Assembly: GCF_000143415.4 (NCBI RefSeq)
Contig: NW_003314457.1
Location: 17,302 to 79,028, forward strand
Source: Selaginella moellendorffii
Lineage: Eukaryota > Plantae > Lycopodiophyta
Length of the DNA stretch: 61,727 nucleotides
Reading direction: 5' to 3'
Shown here: in pieces, positions 34,174-47,310 of the stretch
Layout: every line of letters starts with the position of its first letter
Numbering within the stretch: position 1 is the first letter of the stretch
Notes under the pieces: model-generated
The model's database searches: none
Seen by the model: only the letters and a program-made list of their open reading frames with translations
What the model was told of the DNA's origin: nothing
Position numbers and translations under genes: made by a program

Positions 34174-37100
34174 ATGATAAGTGTCATGATATAAGGAATT
34201 GTCAAGATTAAATCCGAGATGGAGTTTGAAAAGAAGTCTAAGATGGAGTCTAACATGGAGGCCGAGAAGGAGTATGAGATAGAGCCCGAGATAAAGTCCA
34301 AGATGGAGTCCGAGAAGGAGTCCGAGATGGAATCTGAAATAGAGTCTGAGAAGGAGTCCGAAAAGGAGTTTGAGATGGGGACCAAGATTGGGATTGAGAT
34401 CAAGATTGAGACCAAGACCAAGATTGAATTCAAGACCGAATCCAAATCTGAGTTTGAGTGCACAGGTCACAACCCAAAGCAATCATCTCCAGACCTTGGG
34501 TGGTTTGGTGAGCTCCAAAAGTATAATAAGGGGAGGACTTCAGTATAGCAAGTTTAGCCAAAAAAAGCCAGGGTGACCAAGGAAGGTAATACCTATGTGG
34601 TGGGTGATAATATAACCACTGAGGAATCCAAAGCTAGAGCGAACATAGATGAATAATTGAGGTAATTTGGTGAAGTGTTCAAGAGTCCAACTCTATCTCC
34701 CCTGAAAGATCAAATGGTCAATACTCTTAATCCAAGTGTGGGTGGCACTATCTACTTGGATACTTGGTGTGGCTCATTAGAACCTCACTCTAGCTACATG
34801 GCTAGGACACCTAAGAGCAAAAGGTGGGGAGATTACCCACGAGGCTTGTGTATGGCCACAATGTTTCGAAATGTTATCCTAAAGTCCTAAATTGTGAAAG
34901 GAAGAGGAATAATCCTCCTGCATAGTGACCAAATGCATGGTCACATGGTGAGGAAGTCCCAAGGGTTATTGGAACTTAGTGGTCATGCTCTTAAGCCTCT
35001 CCAACATAGAGACTCACTCGACCACTTGGGGTGGTTTGCTCCCTTTTACTGGTTCAATTCTCACTAAACCCGTTAAAGACACCCTCTCTAACTCAATTCC
35101 ACTACTCATTCTCGAGTAGTCTCAGATTCCATTGACATAACCTTTGCACTTTGGAACTTTTAATTTTGACTTCTCCGAGTCAATTTCCTAGGTGTCTCCG
35201 ACACCTTACGTTGCACATGGTGCAACTCCACTATCCTAGGAAGTTCTTTACTTGAGGGTACCATCATCCTCTCTTTGATATCGTGCCACCTTTGGGCACT
35301 AAGTTCCAGTTATCATAATTGGTGCTAGGGTTGCCTATAGCCCTATTATTTGGCTACCTTACCGCTCCCCCCTTTGGAGCATTCACTTTCGCCAAATCAG
35401 AGTAGTTGGGAATCCATCCTTAGGGAAACATTGCCTTTCCCACAATCCATTAGCACCCAACACATTAGTGTTCTCGGCCTAACCTTGCCATTTGGATTCT
35501 TTCCCATGATTCCCATAGCTCTTTTCTTAGCCACTAGTCTTTTGTTCCTATCCTTGATTGTTGCACCCAGCAACATAGGATCACTACCTCCATTTTTGAG
35601 GTTTTCTTTCGGTTCCATAGCAAACATTTTGCATTGCCAAGTCCAGAGGGTGTTCACCCCTAGTATGTCTCTTTAACATTTTCTGTCGTGGGCCCTATCC
35701 ATAGCCCAACTTTTTGAGACCCTCCCTTGGATCTCTTATAGAGACTACTTTCCTTGGACTTATTATGCCATAGCATTGACATAGCTCATTTTTCTTAGAT
35801 ATTCTTCCCACTTGGTCACTTTGACCAAGCCACACCATTATCAATAGTTCAAATCAACACTTTGAACTAGGAATCATATTCCTTAACCCAAACAAAGATT
35901 TTGTCCTTGTTTAGCCACAAGATCACCTAGTGATCTCATAATAGGTCTATCAATAGGAACTAGGTCTTCCAAACCCTTCTAAGTTGTTGACTATGACCCC
36001 GGGGGCATCCCCCACATTTGTTGGTGTGCCTAAGCCAGCCCTTCCGGCCAAGGATCCATAGCAACTGAGACTTGGGTGTCCCCATCTCATTCATCACGTC
36101 CTTGGTGCCCTTTGCACCAAAGTGTTCAAGTTAAATATGCCGAGCTTTCACTCTAAGCAATCTAATCGTGCATCATGACTTCGAGGCATCCCTCGTTTTG
36201 CAGTGTGCCCAAACTAGTCTCCTCACTGAGAGTCCATGACCACCGAAATATGAGTGTCCTCATATTCCAATCCATCACCACGCCCTAGTGATTTGGGACT
36301 CGAACCCAAGCACTAGAGGGTCGGGACTCGAACCCAACCTCCGTATATGCATCTACGGACGGCATCACCCTAGATGCTTGGCGTGACTCCCCACGCCGGT
36401 GCACCAACTTATACTTAAAGCGCGCTATAGATCACAACTTAAGAACCTAATTCCTCCACACTACCAAATCCTTTCACTTGACACATCTGTGATCATGCAT
36501 GGACTCCTCCACACTTGGCCCCATGGCCCCTCTTTATGAAGTTATCACCTTCAACTAGGCTATTTGTTCCCCCGACTTGCCAATCTCGCTTGGCAAGTCT
36601 TCCGACCACCGTAACATGGTTCATGCATAAGCATGAAAGTCCTTGACCATTGACTTTCGTTCAAAGCCCTTTCTTTGAACACTCGGGAATTACTTCCCTA
36701 ACCTTGATAGCCTTGCCTCCTGGCAAGCTTCAAGACCACACTTCTGCTGCACCACTCTGATTTCGCGCGTTCCATGAATCATTTACACTTTGGCCTTTCT
36801 AGGTACTAAGCTACCTAGAATCGTCTTTGGGAACCTTGAAGAGACTCTATCCCTTAGCTTGCCTAGGCCTCCTTTTTCGCAAGCTTTCTAGTTGCCATAT
36901 AGTCTAACATGGACAATTCCATATTTTAGACTCTCCATGGCATCAAGGTTGCTAGCAACAACATCCTCGAGCCCCCACTTGATTCTCCACTCCTAGCTGG
37001 CATAACCAACCTTGGTCATGCCTTTCGATTCCTACGGTTCGGTTCTATCTCCTTATTACTTGCTTTTGGCTTCACACCTTTCCTTCAGTCATTCTCCTCA

Positions 37101-38870
37101 AGACTAGGAGGATAGCTTTGCACTTTCTATCATGCCTTAGCAAGTATTCTTAGGGATGAACCTACCTGATAGCCTAGGGAGTGGTTCCTTAATCCAGGTA
37201 TGCTCACCTTATAATCCCATATACCGGGATTAACGTTGCTGCTCATGGGCCTTCACTAGCCTTGCCAAAATTTCATTTTTGGCTTTGTCCAATTTGGGTA
37301 GATAGTCTTCTCTCGTCTCTGCAACCTTGGACATTTGGATAGCACCTTCTATCCATCATTCGCTAGGGACTTAGTCCCTTGGGCCTTATCTATTGCCCTC
37401 GTGACACTAAACACCACTTCCTGGTGTTCCAGAGTGTTTGGGTGTCCCAATGATGGTCTCCTTGACAATGAGCATTTCCTTTTACGACATTAACTCACTA
37501 TATCGCAACATAAGCAATTTATCCCCTGTAAGGGTATATCTAACTTCCTTATGCCATTAAGAAGTCTTGGGTAGTTACCTTCTACCTGTTTAACCAATTA
37601 TCCTTGCACCTTTTGCTTAGTTGCCCCATAGTTGTCAAGTCCTACAACTCATTGCTTGGTGCTTCCACACCTCCATCATTATCTGGGTCAGCACACTCCA
37701 ATGGCATGCCTTCCAACTTAGGCCATACCATTCCCGCTTCCGTTGGGATTCCCTTGGCAAGGGGTTCTTATGAACCCACCATCATAACCTCAAGGTATCA
37801 CACTTTGGCACATTTGGTGTCTCCACACCATCGGCCCCACGAGCCTACCCTTATGACACTACTTATTAGTGTCTAGGTCTTTGCCAAGACTAATATAGTT
37901 GTTCCTCATGGTAACTATCCGTTAGCACTGCACCATAGTGTTTGCACCTAACTTTAGGCCAAAGTTGCTTTCCTCTGGGAACATCTTTCCCACAACTTTA
38001 GTATGGCACATTCTGCCATCAATGAGATACCTACTGTTCTCATACTTGGATCTTATGATCCTCCCCATACCTCATAGGGCACCATATACCTCAGTCCAAA
38101 TGTTTCAACCAATCTCTTAGGACCATTCCCTGACTCCACTTGAGTTATCTAGCATTTTGGACTTTGCTAATCCAACAACCTGCGAGGTCTTAGTCTTAGA
38201 GGTGCCAACTCATTAGAATACAACTTCTTGTATTCATGTCCTACTCACAAGGACAATCTTTGCAAGTGTTACTCTGACACTTGATGATTTTCTTGGGGCT
38301 AACCTTTGCCCCTTAGGACTATTTGTCCATATGATGAGAATAACAACTCATCTTTAAGTACACCCCCAACTCCTTGGGTTGTTCCAGCATTTATTAGAGG
38401 TAGTCCCGACTACCATTTCAAGGACTCATGTCCTCATCCGTATTTGACCTTTCACGATCATTAATTTTGGTCTTAATTTCATGAGGACCAGCCTCACTAT
38501 ATGAGGTTAATCTTGTGACTCCTTTATTGTTTTTGGAGTCTGCATTTTTCCTGTGATCCCAACTATAGTTGTTTACCACAACTATATTAGCTCGTTTGTT
38601 GCATCAAACGCTCATCTGGATCACATCCTCAGCTCTCTGAGGAAACCATTATACTATTCCCAAGATCCCAAAGTCGTTCCCTTACTGGCCCTTTTCCATC
38701 CACCATATCATGCACAAGTTCACGCATGAACTTGAGTGGAGAGCCATGTCCTCTTGACATGCTACTCCTCGAGGATAGGTCCATATCTAGGACCTTCCAA
38801 TTCCAATATAAGTGGTGGTATACTTGGCCACCAATAAGAGTCGGACTAAGGAATAGCTCTGATACCAAGT

Positions 38871-40677
38871 TGTAAGTGACTAAATTTTCCATTCTACTTT
38901 AGTCACTTAACCACACCTTTGACCACTTGGAGGAGTCTCATTCACAACCTCCTTAAGTCCAATTCAGGATTGGGGACTTGCTAGCCCTGAGGGTGGCATC
39001 CATGCAACTCATCCCTTGCACTTACTCCAAGTGCTCCACGTGTCCGGTCCCAAGACTGACATCCAAAAGTACCACTGACATATCGGCCCGTTACGCTAAG
39101 GCCATGCCCATTCACCTTTGCCACACTAGGGGTCCAATACCACTTGCATCACAATCCCATCTCTCCAAGACTGGGCCATCCATCCACGAGTGGTCAACCT
39201 AGATCCACTCCTTAGCATCCTTGGGATGTTTACAGACATGGGGAATAGCCTTCCCCAATATCCCTTTGTTAGTTCCTACCAAGTCCCTTTTCTGTCCATG
39301 GCCATGTTCACCGACACTGCCACTAAATCAAGGCCCACAGGCCCGACCACTAAGTCCCATGGTCCTCTGGGACTTCCTCACCATGTGATTGTATCCTTAG
39401 TCACTACACTAGAGGACTGCTCTTCCTCCTTTCCCCCATTTGGGACTCCGGGACAACATTTCGGAATACCGTGGGCCTACGCGAGCCCCATGGGTACTCT
39501 CCCCACCTTCTGCCTTTATGTGCTCTAGCCATGGGCTTAGAGCGAGGTTCCATTGAGCCACGCCTGGTATCCAAGTAGGTAGTGCCACCCACACGTGGAC
39601 TGGGAGCATCGGCCAGTCGATCTCCCGGGGGAACTAGAGCCGGCTCTTGAATACTTCACCAAGCTACCCCGCTTGTCAGTCCGTATTCACTCTAGTCTTG
39701 GACTTCTCAGTGGTCAGTTCATCACCCAACACTGGGTCTGGCCTTCCTGGGCCAAACTGGCCTTTCCTGGCCAAACTGGCTCCACTACAGTCCTCCCCCT
39801 CACTATACTTTTGGAGCTCACCAAACCCCCTAGGGTCTGGGAGACGAATGCTTTGGGCTTTCACCCTCTCAGACTCGGACTCAGACTCAGACTCGGACAC
39901 GGACTCGGACTCGGGCTGGGACTCGGACTCGGACTCGGACTCGGACTCGGGCTCGGGCTCGGTCTCGGTCTCGGTCCCAGTCTCGGTCTCGGTCTCGGTC
40001 CCGGTCTCGGTCTCGGTCTCCATCCCGGTCTCGGTGTCGACCTCGGACTCCATTTCAGGTCCTTCTCGGACTCCATCTCGGATTCCATCTCGGGTCCATC
40101 TTGGACTCCATTCTCGGACTCCGTCTCGGTCCATCTCGGACTCCATCTCGAACTCCATCTCGGGTCCATCTCGGACTCCATCTCGAACTCCATCTCGGGT
40201 CCATCTCGGACTCCATCTCAGGTCCTTTTCGGACTCCATCTCGGATTCCATCTCGGGTCCATCTCGGACTCCATTCTCGGACTTCGTCTCGGTCCATCTC
40301 GGACTCCATCTCGGACTCCATTCTCAGACTCTGTCTCGGTCCTTCTTGGACTCCATCTCGAACTCCATCTCGGGTCCATCTCGGACTCCATCTCAGGTCC
40401 TTTTCGGACTCCCTCTTGGACTCCATCTCGGGTCCATCTCGGACTCCTTCCATGTGTCATGTGTTGGTCCTTTTGGGTCCCTTTTTTGGAGCCTCGCTTA
40501 TTGCTCACTTCATGCTCGTTCCTCGAGCACTTTGTTGGGAGTTCCACTCCTGCTCTCAACTTTTCAAGTTGGAGCTTTTGGTCCAAACGTGTTACGCTCG
40601 TTTGGCTTTTGCTTCGGCCACTACCACGTGGCACCCTTCCGGCTCCACTTTGGGGCCTAGGGATTTTGTGTCTCACA
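38871..40677 (-). repeat. LTR (1807 bp), right arm of the inverted repeat
   Basis: TGTAAGTGAC...GTGTCTCACA; longer than the left arm because of extra minisatellite units. Confidence 0.93.
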
Positions 40678-43600
40678 CATATGTCAATCCCTCTTGTGTC
40701 CTTTTCTAGAGACTCATTCATTGATTGTTTTGTACTCGTTCCTTGAGCACTTCTTTAGGAGTTCCACTCCCACTTTTAACTTTCCAAGTTAGAGCTTTTG
40801 GTCCAAACATATTATGCTTGTTGGACTTCTGCTTCAACCACTGTCATGTGGCACTCTTTCGGCTCCAGTTTGGGCCATAAGGATTTGTGTCTCATAACTC
40901 CATCACCCATAAACAAAATTTGATGTCCTCATCAAATGTTTAATCATTTTATAAAGTAACCCCTATCATGGATTACCATTTTCATCTTTAGCACAAAATT
41001 AATATTTGTCAATGGTTCAATATTGAAGGTTCACTATGCCTTGCCCATCCTCTAAGAAGCATAGTCTTCCAATTTAGAGTCTCATTAGATCACTAGCAGT
41101 AGTTCTCTACCTTTGTTCATTTAGTTTTTGCTAAACCCGTTAAAAACACTTTCATTATTCAATATTATTATTTATTCTAGAGTAGTCTTAGCCTCTACCA
41201 ACATAACAATCACATTCTAAAATTTTATAATTGACATCTCAAATTAATTTCCTAAGTGTGTTTGACACCTTGTATTGCATTAATTATGCAAATACCACTT
41301 CTCCATCCTAGGAGGTTTTTTACTAGAGGGCATCATTATCCTCTTTTTTATTTTATGCCATCCTTAGCACTAAATTCCATTTATCCATAATTTGTGTTAG
41401 AGCTATCCAGCCCTATCATTTGGCTATTTATGGTTCAGCAGTATAAAAAAAGGGTCGCACTCCCGTAACCCTTAAATTGGAGCATTTGGGAATCCTATTC
41501 TTGGAAATAAATTTCCCTTCCCACAATCCGTTAGTACCCACCACATGGTGATTCCTTGCCTAACTCATTATTTAGATTTTTGTAAGAATTTCTAATGTCC
41601 ATTCTCGGCCACTAATCTTTTGCTTATATCCTTTGATTGTTGCACTAAGAAATATAGGATTACTACCTCCAATCTTGAGGAATCCTTTCGATTCTATAGT
41701 AAAGGTTTTGCTTTGCTAAACCCTTAGTAAGTCTTTTTAGCATTTTCTACTATGGGTTTTATCCACAGCCCTCTATGACCCTCCTATGGGTCTTTCTTTT
41801 GAAACTACTTTATTGAACTCACAATACCATTATATAGTCACAACTCACTTCCCCTAGGTGTTTTTCCCTTTTGGTCACCTTGACCAATTCATATATTACT
41901 AATAGTTCAAATCAACACCTTGAATTAACAACCTTATTTTCTTAACCTAACAAGAATTTTGTCTTTGTTTAGCTATAAGCTCACTTAGTGATCTCACCTT
42001 GACACTTTATTAGGTTTGTGAATATGTATTATATCTTTCAAACCTTTAAGTTGTTGACCATGACCCCAAGGGCATCCCCCACACTTGGCAATGCACCCAA
42101 GCTAGCCCTTCTAGCCAAGAGTTCATAACAATTGAGATTGAGTGTCCCCATTTCATTCACCACATCCTTGGTGCCACTTACACTAGAGTGTTCAAGTTAA
42201 ATATATCGAGCTTTCATACTAAACAATCTAACTGTGCATCGTGATCTAGAGCATCCCCCGCTTAGTGGTGTGCCCAAGCCAGCCTCCTTTCTAAGAGTTC
42301 ATAACCACCGAAAAATGAATGTCTTGATATTTTAATCATCACCACGCCCTAATGAGCTGGGACTTGAATCCAAGCACTAGAGGGTTGGGATCAAACCTAA
42401 CTTTTATATATGCATTTATAGACAGCATCACCTAAGCTACCTGGAGTGACTCTCTATGTCGGTGCACTAATTTATACCCAAAGTGCGTTACAGATCACAA
42501 CTTAGGAACCTAGTTCCTCAAAGCTTCTAAGTTTTCTCACTTGATAAGCTAGTTAATTAGCATATGATTATGTATGGACTCCTTTATGGTTGGCCTCATG
42601 GGATACTCCTTTTGAAGTCAACCCCTTCAACTAGGATCTTTGTTCCTTTGACTTGCCATTTTTGCTTAGTAAGTCATATGAATTTTTTTAAACACCTAGG
42701 AATTACTTCCCCAACCTTGATAGCCTCACCTTATAGCAAGTTTCAAGGTTATACTCTGTTACACTATTTTGATTTTGCGCATTTTTATGAACTATTTGCA
42801 CTTGTCTTTCTAGGTGCTAACCTACCCAGACAAGTTTTTGGGAACATTGAAGAGACTCTATCCTTTAGCTTGCCAAAACTTCTCATTTTGCAAGCTTCTT
42901 AATTGTTATATATTCTAACATAGGCAATTCCATACTTTAGACTCACAATGGCATTATAGTTGCCAGTAGCAACACTTTCGAACATTTGCTTGATTCCACA
43001 CTCCCAACTTGCATAACCATCTTTAGTTATGCTTTTCAATTCTTATGGTTTAGTCTTATCTCTTTACTACCTACTTTTGGCCTTCTACGTTCTCTTTGGT
43101 TATTCCCCTTTTGACTGGGAAGTTACCTTTGCACTTTTTACTATGCCTTAGCAAGTATTCTTAGGGATGAACCTACTCACTGATTTAGAGAGTGATTCTT
43201 CAATTTGGAAATATTCACTTTATAATTTTATACATCAAGATTAATATCGTTTAGGGGCCCAAGGCCCTAAAACTTAGGTTCCACTCTTCTACTTTTGACT
43301 TACATGTTCGAGGGTTACCCACTCTATGGTTATCTTATTTTAAATTATCATAAGGTAAAAGGTAAAAACCATATATGCTACATTTAAACTCCATTTCAAA
43401 CTCCATCTTAGATTTGGTCTAAAATTCAATCTCAGTCTTAGTCTTGGTCTCAATCTCAACACTTGCCATGTGTTTGTTCTTCTTTTATCCCTTTGTAAAA
43501 AGACTTGCTTACCAATCACTTTGAGCTTGTTCTTTAAGCTCTTCTTTAGGAGTTCCTCTCCCACTCTTGATTTTGTAAGTTAGAGCTTTTAGTCTAAATG

Positions 43601-43779
43601 TGTTACCCTTATTAGACTTTCACTTTGGCAACTACTATATAGCATGTATTTAGATCTATTTTATGACTTAGGGATTTGTGTAATACACTTAAGCACTTCT
43701 TTAGGAGTTTCATTCCCACTCTCAACTTTTTAAGTCAGACTTTTTAGTTTGTTTATTGGACTTCTGTTTAAGTGACTAC

Positions 43780-45240
43780 TAAGTGTATTGTGGCCAGCAC
43801 TTCATCAAAATCTTTGTAAGCTTATGAATTTAGACTTCCTGAGAGGTCACCCAACCCAGTACTATTCAAACCCAAAGACGTTTAACCCCAAATATCTTAA
43901 GACCATTAATCAATTGGAAAAAAGGATGCACTTTTATTCATGGACCCTTTTCCTTCATATTTGAACCCTATTATTTCTTAAATCGTTATTTTTGGTTGCT
44001 TACAATCCACCATGCTTTCCTACAAGTTCACGCCCTCGTGAACCGAAGCTGAGCCACAACTCTTCTGAGAGCCCCGCTCTCTTAACACCCTACCCCTTGG
44101 GTCAAGTTCAACCGGGAGTAAACTAGACTTACCAGATATCAATCTCAATATATGATATGATTCCTTTAGCTAACTAATAGAATTGAACCCAAAACCCCTT
44201 TGATACCAGATATAAGCTCTTGAATTTAGACTTCCTGATAGATCACCCAACCTAATACTATTCAAACCCAAAGATATTTAACCCCAAATATCCTGACCTT
44301 TAACCAATTGGAAAAAGGGATGCACTCTTATTTATGGGCCTTTTCCCTTTATATTTGAATTCTATGGATGGTCTCTTAAGTTATTTTCTTTGGTTGTTTA
44401 CAATTTTGTGGCCTTGTGCATACACTAGCTACCTTTGACAATACACTTTAATTGACATAATATTATGAGACATCACTATAAAACACCAATTTGTAAATTT
44501 CAAAGTGGAGCCAAAGATGAACTACCCAACTTGATCTACTCCAACATATTTGTCTCTATACAAACTAAGAAACTCTAAAAGCAAACATCAAATTAAATAA
44601 TTAACTTAGACAACCCCTAATGGAAACAATGCAATTATGGCATCATCACAATTATTAGCATGTCCAAATAAACATTTGAAGACATTTGAGAAAAGGCTCT
44701 AATGTATACAAGTGGCTATGCTCAAACAATTATACCACTGCAATATTGTCCCTTGCAAACATGTAGAGAACTCACATAGATATTAAGCATCATCCCAAAA
44801 ATGATAGGTGGCAATCATTGTAAAATGATCAAACTAATGATACATATCATCCCTAGAATTTCCACAAAAGAAATTTAGCCAAATGCAAGGATTTGTAGTA
44901 AAATCAAGAGGAGTTACACCATATGCTGTGAACGCCATTATCAATTGAGTATGATTAATCAATTGTAGCTGTATAACATTGAGCAATTGCACTAATTGCC
45001 ACTTTTGAGTCAAAGGAGGAGTATATTATTCTGTCATAAAAATGAACAAAAGGAAAATTGAAAAAATAAAAATGAAAAAAAATATTATAGGAACAAAAAA
45101 GATCTAAACACCTCAACTAATATGAGTGAATATAATATAGAAATATGCATATTTAATTAGCCCAAAAAAACAGTTTATATAAAAGCAAGTGGTCTAGATT
45201 GAAACTTATATAAGTATTGTAACAGTACACCTATCTTATA
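43780..45240 (-). mobile_element. Truncated old copy (5' LTR, PBS, gag) of the short-LTR gypsy family (copy 2)
   Basis: Reverse-complement similarity to 22301-23450; LTR relic about 45121-45240; interrupted by the second TRIM. Confidence 0.75.
43815..44402 (-). mobile_element. Second, older Cassandra-type TRIM
   Basis: LTRs 43815-44004 and 44211-44402, PBS complement TGATACCA at 44201-44208, flanks ATCTT/ATTTT, 5S-like segment at 43832-43886; reverse complement of 25141-25735. Confidence 0.9.
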
Positions 45241-45646
45241 GTTTAATTTTAAGGAAATAACAAATACTTTAAGAGAATCTACTTAATCTCTATACTGGTT
45301 TATAAAGTAAATAAATGAATAGGTTTTAAAGTATTTCTTTCATGTGTTGAGTGATATGATCCCCTATCATATATGTGATGATAGGAGATTGGCAATTCTC
45401 TGCTGTCCTGCTTGTACTGTAGGATGCAGTGATGAACTGAAGAAAAGGAAAGAAAGGTAAGATTTTCTTTCATTTCATTCATTAGAACTCTTGATTCTCT
45501 TGTCTTTCAATAAAACTTTGCATAAAAAACTCTACTCTAAACTTTATATGAAAACAAACACATGAGTTACTACATTGTAAGGAAATGAGTGGAACTTAAG
45601 GTCATGTCTTTATTATGTTAAATTGTTTATGAACTTATATCAATAA

Positions 45647-46521
45647 TCATGGTGTAGGAGCTGGGCCTGGTGCTGATGCTGGTGATTCTGGTGGTGGTGT
45701 TGGTGAAAGTGAAGGTGCTGGTGTTGGTGATGGTGGTGGCGGTGGCGGTGGTGGGGGAGGTTGTGTTCTTGGTGGTGGTGGAGGAGGTGTTCTTGGTGGT
45801 GGTGGCGGAGGTTTTCTTGGAGGTGGTGGTGGACGAGTTCTTGGAGGTGGGGGAGGAGGGGTTCTTGGCGGTGGTGGTGGTGGTGTTCTCGGTGGTGGTG
45901 GTGGAGGAGTTCTAGGTGGTGGTGGTGGAGGAGTTCTAGGTGGGGGTGGGGGTGGTCTTCTAGGGGGTGGTGGTGGTGGTTTTCTAGGTGGTGGTGGTGA
46001 AGCTTTTGGTGGTGGTGGTGGTGGAGGTGGAGAATTTGGTGGTGGTGGAGGTGAACAAGCATTTGGAGTAAAATAATAGGGTCCACAAGTGAACTTATTA
46101 TTTCCATTATTGGTGCATGTGCTTAAAGATTGGCCACTTGATCCACCATTTATGTCTGTTAAGAAAGAACACCCTCGGGGTGCTCTACTTGTATCCACAC
46201 TCACTCGACAACTCCCAATATCTGTTCCAGTTTTCACTAATTCAAAGATATTAAAGTATCCTTTACTATTTGTAAATGATGAATCACTGTCTCCTGGACA
46301 AACCAGGTTTACCTTGGCATCTGAAAGATTTAACAAGATTAGAAAAATACAGAAGATAGATAATTATTCTTACTGAAGATGCCACTCTGAGAGAGTGAAC
46401 CACAGTTAGTACAATAAACATAGCCATCCACTTTGATACTTGTAGTGGCAACACAAAAATTCTCATTTTTCAGAATGATTGCAAGTAATAAAATTAAATA
46501 GAGAAATGTTTTGTTTTCCAT
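45647..46521 (-). CDS. Secreted Pollen Ole e 1-domain protein with Pro-rich (RTPPPPPP) extensin-like tail, about 273 aa, 2 exons
   Basis: Signal peptide MENKTFLYLILLLAII; VDGYVYCTNC, AKVNLVC, TNSKGYF, C.V, C..LTDINGG Ole e 1 pattern; 53-nt GT-AG intron 46321-46373 keeps frame; TATA-like motif at 46556-46563. Confidence 0.88.
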
Positions 46522-47205
46522 ACTTACATGGGAATATGAGGCAAAAGAATGCCCTTTTATAATCTGCACTACATTAAGTCAAACATCTAAGGTACAACTA
46601 ATCAGTTGCTAGACTTTCTTCAAACCCAAATATTCTGATTTATGTGATCTCATGTTTTCTTCTTTTTCTATACTAATGATCTTAAACTTATAAATAATAG
46701 TAATAATAATAATAATAATAATACTCAAGAATCTCAGTATATTTGTTTAGAAAGAATCTAAACTTTGCATCTAATATTGGTTCAAATATTAGCATAACTA
46801 TTGGATTAAACTGGTAGTTAACACCTAGATTAAGAAAGAATATTCTTAAAATTGAGTGCCTAACTAAGCATACAAGTTATCTAGATGCCCATCCTTATGC
46901 CGCATGGGCATCTGGAGAGGTGGTACATGTGTTAACATCAAGCATCCCACCTAGATTTCTATGACGTTACTGTTTGGTGTTGGACCCCAATTTTCCCAAG
47001 GTAAAAGTCTTTTGTGCAATCTATGTGTCAGCTGTAAATCTCTTTTTAACCTTTAACCTTTATACTTTTGAATTATGGTCCAAAAGAATATTCTTAAAAT
47101 AACCTTTATTTTTGTTAGTTTTCAAGGTCATCAGGGTCAAAGGAAATAATATATTAAAGAAGATCACCCACCTTGGTGCAACAAGGCTGCCAAGCAGATG
47201 CTTTT

Positions 47206-47310
47206 TGTGGAAATAGTGTGGATTTCCCCAAACTTGAACAGTTGCAACATTTTTGGTGTGCAAATCCACACTATTTCCACACCAAAAATGTTGCAACTGT
47301 TCAAGTTTGG
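47206..47310. repeat. Interleaved inverted duplication (A-B'-A'-B) with perfect 33-bp arms
   Basis: 47228-47260 is the exact reverse complement of 47278-47310; 47206-47225 of 47262-47281. Confidence 0.9.

Larger units (their letters stand above)
32329..40677 (-). mobile_element. Young long-LTR retroelement (apparently non-autonomous, LARD-like) with its 3' end inverted
   Basis: 5' LTR 38871-40677 (minus) with Met-PBS complement GCTCTGATACCA at 38856-38867; interior 35000-38870 has no long ORF; PPT plus 3' LTR lie on the plus strand at 32486-34173. Confidence 0.82.
31869..43700 (-). mobile_element. Older, AT-shifted long-LTR retroelement hosting the younger copy
   Basis: Its LTR is in three pieces: 31869-32328, 34174-34998 (inverted) and 40678-40896. 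PPT complement follows at 40897; interior 41060-43250 is colinear with 35000-37240; further LTR-like relics 43380-43780. Confidence 0.8.

Noticed and set aside
32500-40677. DNA transposon with 1.7-kb terminal inverted repeats
   Set aside because: Arms have TG..CA ends, PBS and PPT, and an inversion explains their orientation
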